Shown: positions 27,336 through 38,402, counted from the stretch's first letter. The stretch: DNA of 64,000 bases from Octopus vulgaris (GCA_951406725.2 OX597818.1:118668001-118732000); one strand, 5' to 3'. Translations and numbers: made by a program. Notes: a model not told the origin generated them from the letters alone.

Positions 27336-27730
27336 ACACAGAGACATATATATGTATGTATGTATGTACGTATAAATATTGATAAATATTGATTTCCAGT
27401 CTTATATTGAATTAACCTTCATATATAGAAACACTTTTACTCGCATATATATGCAAGTACACATACATGCACTCTCACACATATAGTAATATGTTAGTAC
27501 GCTCTAGGGATCAATGTATAGGAAGTTAGTAATCTTCGTGTATTTACTCCGCAAGCGCTGATGACAAAAGCTGAACAACAAGTTTTCTTAATAACCTAAG
27601 TTACGCATTGTGTTCCGTACTGAGATTAAAAGGAGTGTCGATAATCTGACAGTTACCACTCACCTCACGGTTGAATAGAGATTAGGGGTCGTACAGGTAA
27701 AATGCAATTTTGTTTATACATATACATATA

Positions 27731-27765
27731 TAGGTGCAGGAGTGGCTGTGTGGTAAGTAGCTTGC
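27731..27765 (+). mobile_element. SINE family A head (5' piece of the copy split by the 2.25-kb insertion)
   Basis: TAGGTGCAGGAGTGGCTGTGTGGTAAGTAGCTTGC; the SINE continues at 30011. Confidence 0.93.
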
Positions 27766-27806
27766 GCAGTTAGTCGGTTGCTTCTGGTTGAGCTAGAGTG
27801 GACGTG
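27766..27806 (+). promoter_or_regulatory. putative internal Pol II promoter (Inr-like CAGTT/TTAGTC plus DPE-like GGACGTG)
   Basis: Inr-like motifs at 27766-27775; GGACG at 27800-27804, about +29 from the A at 27772 (one base off the canonical +28). Confidence 0.4.
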
Positions 27807-28471
27807 AGTAACAAGCTCTGTCCAACTAAAGAAAAAAGACCAAAAACGGAAAGTTGTCGAGGTAAGTGATTTTGTTTATTGTGAGTTGGGCATAATTTAT
27901 TGCGTGCCAATTATTATTTCAGTAGGTTGTGTCCAACTCTGAGACAATTTCGCCTGCGCTAGGCGGCTGCCGTTTTTGTGTTCATTGAAAAAAAAAAAAA
28001 AAAAAAAAACAGTGGAGAGGCGTATACTCAGAATTCAATACAGTTACTGTTAAAATTACCGTTGGCAGTAGCCAGTACTGTGTTTGAGTTTGCTGAATTT
28101 ATTCCCTTGTCAGAGTACTTCGCAAGAAAAGTATAAAAATAGGCCACTATTGGATTACCTTTCGGACCCATTTTCGTGGAGGTTGTGTTGCAGTTGCGGC
28201 GTTCCAGGTTCAACCCAGGCCGGGAGTACCGCAAGGCCAGAATATTTTTGCTGTGTTTTTTCTGTTTATTAACTTTCTTTTGAACTTCATTTAACCACCC
28301 CCCCCTTTTGTTTTTTTCTTTATTGCGACTTTCCGTTAATTTCTTCCCTTCTGTTGTGCTTTCTCCTTTTTGTTTTTTCAAAAATCTATCAAATTTTATT
28401 TAGACTTTTGAACTTTTTCTTCCTGCTTTTGAGTTTAATTTGAATATATTTAAAAAAAAAAAAAAAAAAAA

Positions 28472-29738
28472 ATGGCAATGAAAAATAACAAAATTTTGGA
28501 GTGGGAAATCATACCACCCAAAAAGTGGTTAAAAGACCGTGAAGATAGGACGGTGGTGTTGAGAACCTACTCCAAGGCACTTGACACCATCGCCCTATTC
28601 GAAAAGACGGCAATTGAGGAGGAGTTGGAAGAGTATTTGCCAACAATTAAATTCATTTCCAGGGGTGTCAAATATGCAACGGTGTGGTTGCTATTTGACA
28701 CCCCTGAAGAGGCTTGCAAATTTGCTAGCAAACCCTTGGAGGGTAAGGAAATCTTATTCCTGCCCACGTACAAAAAAAAGAAATTGATGAAAGCTTGGAT
28801 CTGCGGACTGCCACCCGACATAGAACCCGAGTGGATAGAGGAGACTATCCGCCGGGGTCTGGGTGACAGCGAAACTAAGCTCCTCAATGTAAAAGTTCTT
28901 CCTGCGGCTGCTTGGGTTGGGTCGAAATCAATTTTGACCCTGTGGCCCCAATCAGCCAATCTGGTTCTTCCAGATTTTTTGAAAATGGCCGGGTGCAGGT
29001 ACCCGGTGATGCTTGAGGGTCGCCCCCCTAAGTGTCATCGGTGCTTGGAGTCCGGCCACATAAAGAAGAACTGTCCTCGGGAACAAAATAGGATCCCGGA
29101 ACAGTTAAGTAAAACCCCCTCTAGAAGAGGGAACGATAACGGCCGAGAAAGCAGAGGACGCCTCAAACAGAGGCCGAAAGAGGAAGGTGAGCAACAATGG
29201 TGGCTCAACAAAGGATAATAGGGATGAGGAGAGGAAGGCGAATCTTCCAGCCACGGAGGAGACGCACCCTCCTCAGTTGAACAGGGAAAAAAAGAAAAAG
29301 AGGAAGAAAAACGGGACATTACCGGCTGTCAGTGTAGCACCGGAATGTCGCGGAACTACGTCGGTTGGGGTTGTGCCACCGACAAGAGAAGGAATACCGT
29401 TGGCGGAAACTGTGCTGCCAACGAAAGAACTGAATGTATTGGTCCTCTTCTATAGAGGAGGAGAAATTGAAAAAGTGATGGAAGAGCACTACAAGGGAGC
29501 ACCTTTAGCCTTCACACAGGACCCCGAATGGCCTCCGCAGGTAGCTGTGGAGGCCGTGGCGTTCGACGTGACGCTAGGGCTAAAGGAGCTCAATGAAGAT
29601 TATAACTTGGTCCCGGGCGACGCGAACTCGGAACTTGACTACGTTCTGAGGGAGGCGTGGTTGATGGTGGAGGGCGCGGGCACAATCTATTTCGCGGACG
29701 ATATGTTTATTAGTAATGGACTTAAGTCCAAAAATTGA
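28472..29738 (+). CDS. L1/Tx1-type ORF1 protein (RRM-like region, CX2CX4HX4C zinc knuckle, basic linker, uncharacterised C-terminal domain); one +1 frameshift between 29109 and 29218
   Basis: ORF 28472-29218 contains GRPPKCHRCLESGHIKKNCP; the overlapping frame is open 29109-29738; the joined product would be about 421 aa. Confidence 0.8.
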
Positions 29739-29836
29739 AAAATTGTAAGAGGATTAATACCTCGTTTTGTATTAATAATGGACTGCTAAGCCCAAAAATT
29801 GGAAAAATTGTAAGAGGTTTTATACCTCGTTTTGTG
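29714..29836 (+). repeat. about 62-bp tandem duplication spanning the ORF1 stop codon and 3' UTR
   Basis: TAATGGACT..AAAAATTG.AAAATTGTAAGAGG.T..ATACCTCGTTTTGT occurs twice. Confidence 0.9.
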
Positions 29837-30010
29837 TTTATCTTTTTAAAAAGAACAATGTTTTAGAGAAGCAAAAGTCGGCGGGCGCTTTCTGTCTTCT
29901 CCCATCCTTATCATCTTTCTTTCATTATCATTCACCTCATTAATGTCCTCGTCCAGCACGCAAAGCTAACTTAATCTGTGTACTGCCTTTATGGCAAATG
30001 TTTTGAAATA

Positions 30011-30153
30011 AAGTAGCTTGCTAACCAACCACATGGTTCCGGATTCAGTTCCACTGCGTGGCATCTTGGGCAAGTGTCTTCTACTATAGCCTCGGGCCGA
30101 CTAGAGCCTTGTGAGTGGATTTGGTAGACGGAAACTGAAAGAAGACTGTCGTA

Positions 30154-30203
<50 letters not shown>

Positions 30204-30428
30204 TGTGTGTGTATATGTTTGTGAGTCTGTGTTTGTCCCCCTAGCATTGCTTGACAACCGATGCTGGTGTGTTTACGTCCCCGTCACCTAGCGGTTCGGC
30301 AAAAGAGACTGATAGAATAAGTACTGGGCTTACAAAGAATAAGTTCCGGTGTCGATTTGCTCGACTAAAGGCGGTGCTCCAGCATGACCGCAGTCAAATG
30401 ACTGAAACAAGTAAAAGAGTAAAGAGTA
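30011..30428 (+). mobile_element. SINE family A, remainder of the split copy
   Basis: Resumes AAGTAGCTTGCTAACCAACCACATGGTTCC and ends GTAAAAGAGTAAAGAGT. Confidence 0.95.
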
Positions 30429-31959
30429 ATATATGTGTACGTGTGTGCGTGTGTGTCTATCTACCTATCTATCTTTATACATAGTGTACTGCTCCGTGTT
30501 GTGTTGGTAAAATCAACAAAAGAACTACTGTATCTGGTGTGAGATTAATATTATTTAGTAAATACGATATATTTTTTATGTGCTCCTTTTAGTTTCATGC
30601 GATGAAAGCATGACAGGCAGTATTTTTTTAACACGTCTCGTGTTTCAGCACAATCTTCAGGCACTGCCTACATGGCATAACAATATGATAGGATAAGAGA
30701 AAAATCAAGAAAATACGAGAAAGAAGTAGATATAAAAGATGGTAGGTTTAAAAACGGAAACCGGAAACAGAAAGAAGCAACAGGGTGAAGGAGTGATTAA
30801 GAGTTATTTCACCTTAGACTGCGAAACATAAAGAAGAACAGATGGTGCTATCGAGTCTGCGGTATAGCTGCTCCGTATGGAGTGGATGATACTTTCCAAT
30901 TGGCCCAAGTAACTTAGTGTTATGCTTACAAACGCTGAACATTTCGGATCTAGAATTTAGCTGTGTTAGAGTTATTGGGTCTGAAAAGGATGTGAATTCT
31001 TTCAGCTAGTGATATCTTACATCCTTTTGATGTTATATTTGAAGTTAACAGTGAATAGAAAAATATTGATCAACGATAATTGAATAACATCGATTGTTAC
31101 TATATTTTATAGACAAAGTGCATTTCATCTAACAGCCGTTTCTGCTTCCGATGTTCCTCGATGTTGCCATTGAAAATTTTGAGAAAGATATTCGTCATAT
31201 TTTGTAACATATCCGAACTTGAACATGGTGCTTCATCACTGTGAAGAAAAATACATAAAGTGAAGGAAACGAAAAGAAAAAGGACCTCGAGAAAAAATAA
31301 GAAAGGCTTAATATATTTAAATCATATGTGACGCTCCATAACGTTGAGTAAATGACTCAACTATAAATACTAATTGGTGTGTTAATTTTTCTTTAGGGGT
31401 AACAGGTTGTATAAATGATGAAAAAGGTAAAATAAAAACTTTAACGTAACGGGATACGCCAATAGGTCTACAAAAAGAGAGAGTGATAGTGCCATAACGT
31501 TTTGAAGTAATCAGAATAGATCTGAATGTTACGTTAAATAGTAGCAAGTAATCGTTGTCGAGAACCAGAGCGAGTCGCAGAAGACCCTTGAGTCGCTTAA
31601 GGAAACGACTTCCAGGTCGGATTCCAAAAGTGACAGGAGCGCGGAGATTGGTCTTTTGTTGCGGAAGGTGACTATTTAGAAAGAGATGATGTTAAAACTT
31701 AGGTAAATAAGATATTTTTTGAAACCTAACTAGTCCGTGAACCTTTTGCTACCAACCCGTATATATATGTCTTCACATTTTGAATTCAATTTACTCCGGA
31801 TTTGAATTTGTCTTACATCTTTTCTGAGTTGGTGATATAAGTGCTAGTTCAGCACTGGATTCTATGTAATCGGCTTACATCTCCCGAAGAAAATCAGGCA
31901 TAGTGCCTATAATAGACATAGTTATGAAAATTGATCTAAAATAATAATTTAACATTTAT

Positions 31960-32300
31960 ATGAGAATGCGTGCCTGCACGTGTATGGTTACGTGTGCACT
32001 AGTGTGTGTGTGTGTTTGTGTGAATGTATGCCTGAGCCTCTGAGAGTACGCGTGTGTGGGTCTGTGAGTGAGTGCGTGTATGTGACACTGGAAGCCTGTA
32101 TATGTGTGTCTGCGTGTTTGTGTATGTCTGTATCTGTCTCAGTGTGTGTGTGTAAGTTTGTGTGTGCCCGTTTCTCTGTTAGTACGCGCGTGTGGATCTG
32201 TGAGCGGGTGAGTGAGTGTATGTGCCTCTGCGAGCCCGTGTGAGTGTGTCTACGTGTGTGTGTATGTGTATCTGTATGTGTGTGTGTTTGTTTGCGTTGG
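31960..32300. repeat. cryptic (TG)-rich simple sequence
   Basis: Direct reading. Confidence 0.85.
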
Positions 32301-32629
32301 TGTATCTAATATTGAGACTGCGATATCAAACGTTCTATTACTATTTTCTCCATACGAGAAACTCATTGAATAGTAATTAATCAGCGTATGGTTTGCAAAT
32401 TATAAAGCAGGGAGTAAATTGGTGAGATGTTGATAGAATAACGTGGAAGTAATATATACAAGCAAAACATATACAAACAGCGTGTTCGGAGGATTTAATA
32501 TTTAAATGATATTTGATGTTTTCGTGGTAACATGCAAAATACATTAGCGAAATATACCATACATAATATACATGCGTACATACATACGTACGTGAATACG
32601 TAAATATTGGTATGTATACACATATATTC

Positions 32630-33147
32630 CCTTGATCACCTTGACCGACCAGTCCGTCGGGCGTCCATTTGATACCGCTGGTCATAGCACGCTGTCCACT
32701 CCTCTCTTGATCGCGCCTTCCTCATCCACGTGATCCCAATCATCCTCCTGAAATCGTAACTCCACCGTCGTGGAGGCCGTCCGAGTAACCGCTCGCGCGG
32801 GTACCACTCAACAACTGCGCGGATCCACCGATTATCGGTGAGCCGGGCGACGTGTTCAGCCCATCTAAACTTGCTGCGTTTTTATTCTACGATGACATCC
32901 CTCACGCCGGACTTCTCTCTGATGACCTCGCTACTGATGTGCTCTCTCAACGAGATTCCAAGCATTGATCCCTCGATGGTTCTTTGAGCTCTTACCAATC
33001 TCTGTTCTTCTCCTGTTGTTGTATCCCATGTTTCACTACCATATACCATTGCAGGTAGAACTGTGCTATTGATGAGGTTGGCGCGGTTGGTCCTGTCAAA
33101 CCTTCCCTTAAACCATACCTTATGCCATTAAACGCCTTCCATCCGGC
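32630..33147 (-). mobile_element. RTE-clade LINE, 5'-truncated 3' fragment
   Basis: AGWKAF..NLINSTVLPAMVYGSETW..EEQRLVRAQRTIEGSMLGISL..KFRWAEHVARLTDNRW..WYPRERLLGRPPRRW. Confidence 0.92.
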
Positions 33148-33269
33148 ATTTAATCACCGTGAGATCTCCTGTTCGATATCTCGGCACATATTCACTTCCT
33201 ATCCCAGGTAGGCATATTCCTTTACCTTCTCCTCTATATAGGTAAAGGAGACAAGGAAAATATATATTG

Positions 33270-33507
33270 ACACACCCACGCATATTGGTTTCAGATTTTG
33301 GCATTTGGCACACAGTCAACAATTTTGGGACAGAGTTAAGTCGATTACATCGATCTTAGGGCTCAACTGCTGCTTATTTCATGGGCCCGAAAGGATAATA
33401 GGCAAAGTCGACCTCGGCGAAATTTGAACTCAGAATGCAAAGATGAACGAAATGCCGTTAGACATTTTGGCTGGCGTGATAATGATAACGATTCCGTCAG
33501 CTCGCCG
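33270..33507 (-). mobile_element. SINE family B
   Basis: GGCAAAGTCGACCTCGGCGAAATTTGAACTCAGAA core. Confidence 0.85.
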
Positions 33508-33512
33508 TTTTC

Positions 33513-33585
33513 GCGTGTGTATGTGGTGTGTGTGTGTGTGTGTGTGTGTTTGTATGTGTGCGTGTTTGTGTGTGTGTGTGTGTGT

Positions 33586-33624
<39 letters not shown>

Positions 33625-33740
33625 TGTGTGTGTGTCTGTGTGTGTGTTTGTGTGTGTGCGTGTTTGTGTGTATGTGTTTGTGTGTACGTGCGTGTGTGTG
33701 TTTGTGTGTGCGTGTGTGTGCATGCGTGTCTGTGTGTGTT
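33513..33740. repeat. (TG)n microsatellite
   Basis: Direct reading. Confidence 0.97.
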
Positions 33741-34660
33741 AAATGGTATCTTTTTATATAACTTCATTTAATTTATTTCTTATCTAAATTGTTTCCTCTT
33801 TTCATCTGTTTGTCTCTTAATTTTTTACTGCTTTCATCTGTAAAGTTTTCTTCGTTGTAATTTTTAGTATTCTTTCATCTCTGATTAAGGATCCGCTACA
33901 ACCTTCTTCACAGATTTCTTCTTTAAGGTTTCATCTTCATTTTTGCCTTCTTCCTTTCTTACTCCGTTTTCTTTTTCCTCAGTCATTTCCTTCTGTCCCT
34001 TCTTTGTTTCTTTCTTCTTGGTTTCTTCAAGTAGGGATGAAATTAAAAGAAAACGTCAAGCAGAAGACGCAATGCTTCAACAGAAAAAGAGAAACAGACA
34101 GTATTTAATATTATTTGTCCCACGAGTTCAGCAGCTCACCTCTTTCATCAATTATGCATTCAGCGTATATATTCGATCGTAAAATGTCTGTAAAATATTT
34201 ATACCAACATCTACTGACATGTTTTCTGCGTAAATGATTTCGCTTCAATTATTTAACGGTATTAATGATGAAGAATATAATGGTGTAAAGATACTTTTGA
34301 AATTTATTTCATAAGACTTTAAAAGAAAATACAAAGAAGTCGTATGTCTTCTGTAGATTATTTATATTTACTCTTGAGATAAGGTTTCAAATTTGATATT
34401 TAATCTCATGGGAGCTTTCCTGTGTTCATTTCTTTTCTTCTAAGCAAAAACTATCCAGAGCACTGCATAATCTCACCAAAAAAAATTACTGCGTCTCTGT
34501 GTGTGCGCGCGCGCTGGTCTGCGTGGGCATTCGTGTGAGCATGCGTGTTTCTGTGTGCATGTGTGTGCTCGTGTGTGCGCGTGTGTGTGTGTACGCGCGC
34601 GCGCGTGTGTGTGTACAAAGCGGTAGATATATAGAAATATAAATAGACAGACAGACACAC

Positions 34661-34754
<94 letters not shown>

Positions 34755-34760
34755 GTAGAT
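34661..34760. repeat. (GATA)n microsatellite
   Basis: Direct reading. Confidence 0.98.
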
Positions 34761-35429
34761 ATCTTTAAAGTTCATAATCTGACATCAGAGATAAAAGTGA
34801 CGAGGATCTGTCTAATCCTCCGTAGAAGTTCTCGTGTTGTACATGAAGAGGATTAGTGTTAGAGGATCATAAACCTTCGCTGACACTAAACATGTTCGTG
34901 TATATATACACAGAATGCACAAAAAAAAAAACACACTTATAGACTCACCACCACCACAAAAACGTCAGAGAAACAGCGGTAAACATCTAACTGTATGTTT
35001 GTTTGTTTTTTAATCACTTATTGATATAAGTTCGAATATGAAGTCTTCGTATATCGAGTTACCTATCTATGAAAACTAATGATTCGGGTTTTCTGGATTT
35101 TCTTGTTTTACAGCTTAATTGTATTAATCCGCATATCAATATCACTCTTGCATAACTACCTTCATGAAGTTTGCTATATAAAGCCCGCTCGCAGTTATCG
35201 GCTACCATATGCTAGTATATAACAAAATGAGGTTACTTCACTGATGTTATATCTGAGAATCCGTAAATATCCGCAGAGTTTACAAAAACATTGACAAACA
35301 GAATGGGTGAGCGATTCGCTGTTTTACATAATCATTCAATTGCTTCATTGGCACATTACTAGAACATTTTTTTCTATGATGCCATTTTATTATATACGAA
35401 GTAATGGTGCGAATCAGTATCATTTAAGT

Positions 35430-35752
35430 TGAGACCCCCTTCGGTTATGACTGACCGTGGGATTGCACCTAGAAAGTTACCCTCTCAGGAAAAACTCCGG
35501 CCGAGGTTGTTCATGGAAGACCAGCAGTTGCCCATGCATACCGGCCTCCCCTCTCCATGCCAGCGTTATCCAAGGGAAAGGCAAACGGGCCGATAGAGCT
35601 TGGCATCAGTGACGACGCAACTCATTTCTGCAGTTGAGTGAACTGGAGCAACGTGAAATAAAATGTCTTACTCAAGAACACAACATGCCCGGTACGGGAT
35701 TCGAACTCACAAACTCATGATCATAAGATCGACGCTCTAACCACCGAGGCAT
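35430..35752 (-). mobile_element. tRNA-derived SINE, family C head with RTE-like 3' body
   Basis: Head GCCTCGGTGGTTAGAGCGTCG..GAGTTCGAATCCC with clear A and B boxes; core TTGCTCCAGTTCACTCA; GC-rich tail GGGAGGCCGGTATGCATGGGCAACTGCTGGTCTTCCAT. Confidence 0.85.
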
Positions 35753-35799
35753 TTGTGTATGTATATATATATATATATATATATATACAAATTACAGAC

Positions 35800-36045
35800 G
35801 ATCAAGAGTCCTTCCCGACCCAAAGTCCTTCCCGACCCATAAGGCGGAATGCCAGAAGTCTGTTATATACTTTTCTGCTGGATATGATGCCAGCCCGTCT
35901 CAGGTTACACTTGGGACTTGAGGGAACTTCAGTAATATGATGTGAAATATTTTGCTCGAGATGCAACATATCACACGGCTCTGTGTTTGGGAGCACAATT
36001 TTACAAACATGAGTATAACACCATAACCACTAAACCATGCGCCAC
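35800..36045 (-). mobile_element. old degenerate tRNA-SINE
   Basis: Head GGCGCATGGTTTAGTGGTTATGGTG at 36020-36044. Confidence 0.5.
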
Positions 36046-36494
36046 CACACTCACCCCCACACACTCACACACACACAGGTATATATGATCTGCGATCGTT
36101 TTATTCCAATGTTAGATCGTTACGCATTAGTTTGTTTGGCGTAGTGATCCGAAATCTTATGTAATACAGCCACAATTTCTTTCAGTATAGTACAAGTAAA
36201 CATATCTAAGCCGTATTAACAAGATACTTTGCATTCTTTACATAATTCAGTCATCATTCTTGCCAAGATTTCAGAAAATGTTTACAGGTAAATGGATATA
36301 ATGTGTACAAAATGGCCAAAGTCGCAATAAGAGCAATTAGCAGAAATATTTATTTGAATTATATTCAAGAGTTCTACATTTATTTGCTGGTACTCAACAC
36401 GTGAACATATAAATATATGTATGCACGTATATACGGTTGCTTGTATAGCTATACATATGTGTAGGTATACATATACAAACACACATGTTCCTAG

Positions 36495-36608
<114 letters not shown>

Positions 36609-36978
36609 GTGTGTGTGTATGTGTGTTTGTATTTATGTGTATTTATGTGCATTCTTGCATTCTTCAACTATTACATATAAATCCAATGCACATTCCAATA
36701 TCGTAGTGGTAAGCAAATTATTTGTAGTTTCTCTTTTAGCCGTTTGATTACAGAAGCATTACGACCCCGTACCTAACACATAAAAGCACATACTTCTCAT
36801 AGATGCGAACATATGGAGATACAAACTTATCCTCCATACATGTATACACATACACACACACACACACAGACACATATATATATAGCTATATGTATATATA
36901 ATTACATATGTATATATATATAAGTCAGTAAATGGTGGGCTTGCATTTATGTATTTAAATATATATATATATATATAT

Positions 36979-37693
36979 AGTATTAATTTATAAAAATATG
37001 GTAAAGTAAAAAAATTCACTTTACCGCACACCGAACTTTTCAGAAATAGCAGCCAAAAATTTGGCTATTTCTTCAACTGCAAGTAAAAGTATCCAGACAA
37101 TGCATACTCAGAAAATAACTCACATAGGTATAAGGTAAAAACAATAAAAGATCACATCCATATAAGATACCCGAGAACAGCCTGTTTCTGGATTCGTGCG
37201 TTAAATGCCACTTTTCCTTCATCAGCTCAGAGATTTCTTTTGATTTGGATTTGAAAATACTAAGAACCAAACATACCTATCCGATATCTGTAACATCGGA
37301 CAAACTATGCTGGAGACCCAGTACTAGCGAATCCAAAAATACAAATGAGATCTATTATTCTCCCTGTCCACCCACGTGAGTCATAGAGTAGTGCATTTCT
37401 ACAGAGGCGAAAACTGTAGTTCAAATTCTTGGAGAGAAAGCATTATATTGTCAGTAAATAAGGGTAGAATTAATTAATTGTTAATCAATTCGACCAAGCA
37501 GTATTCGGTATGTAAAAGGACCATTTACGGTGGCTGCTATTTCTGAAAAGTTCGGTGTGCGGTAAAGTGAATTTTTTTACTTTACCATATTTTTATAAAT
37601 TAATACTTCAAATATACCGTAAATGGTCCTTTTACATATAAGTTGAAGAAATAGCCAAATTTTGGGCTGCTATTTCTGAAAAGTTCGGTGTGC

Positions 37694-37697
<4 letters not shown>
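36979..37697. repeat. nested inverted-repeat structure within (TA)n
   Basis: 36979-37054 is perfectly inverted at 37532-37607; 37022-37078 is inverted at 37641-37697; 37509-37531 is inverted at 37616-37638. Confidence 0.92.
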
Positions 37698-37759
<62 letters not shown>

Positions 37760-38194
37760 TGTATGTATGTATGTATGTATGTATATATGTATCTATGTAT
37801 GTATTTATAGAAATATGTATGTATATATACACGCACGCATACGCACACTTAAATATATGTATATGTACGTATACATAATTACATATATATATATATGTAT
37901 TTATAAAAATATTTTTCTATATATACATACACGGACGCACGCACACACACACACACACACATATTTATATATGTATTTATAAAAATATTTTTTTATATTT
38001 ACATACACGAACGCACACACACAAATATTTATATATGTATATCACTTGCATTGCTTTGGGAACCTTCTTTTTTGTATATAAAGGGTTGTATATACTCGCA
38101 TATATGAATGCATGTATATATATATGGTGCCTATACATATGTATGTATGTGACTCCACCCTTTCACGGCATCCTGAATGCTATAATACCTGGGT

Positions 38195-38333
38195 AGATAG
38201 TTAGACAGATAGACAGAAAGATAGATAGAGAGAGAGATAGATATATAGATAGATAGATAGATAGATAGATAGAAAGATAGATAGATAGTTAGACAGATAG
38301 ACAGAAAGATACATAGATAGAAAGATAGATAGG

Positions 38334-38402
<69 letters not shown>
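38195..38402. repeat. (GATA)n-type microsatellite
   Basis: Direct reading. Confidence 0.95.

Larger units (their letters stand above)
27766..30010 (+). mobile_element. ORF1-only (HAL1-like) non-autonomous L1/Tx1-type retroelement with 11-bp TSD
   Basis: TSD AAGTAGCTTGC at 27755-27765 and 30011-30021; AATAAA at the 3' junction; ORF1-type CCHC protein; no APE or RT coding sequence. Confidence 0.85.

Noticed and set aside
28215-28240. GGGAGTACCGCAAGG resembling a 16S rRNA motif
   Set aside because: The match is short and gapped, with no extension into flanking sequence.
28567-28959. Antisense ORFs over the ORF1-only element and over the LINE (also 62959-63354)
   Set aside because: They are shadow frames of the sense coding sequence.
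35680-35752. tRNA gene
   Set aside because: A and B boxes are present, but the sequence continues into a SINE body and lacks an acceptor stem and terminator.
37892-38035. About 77-bp tandem duplication within low-complexity sequence
   Set aside because: Ordinary slippage-type duplication in a microsatellite region.
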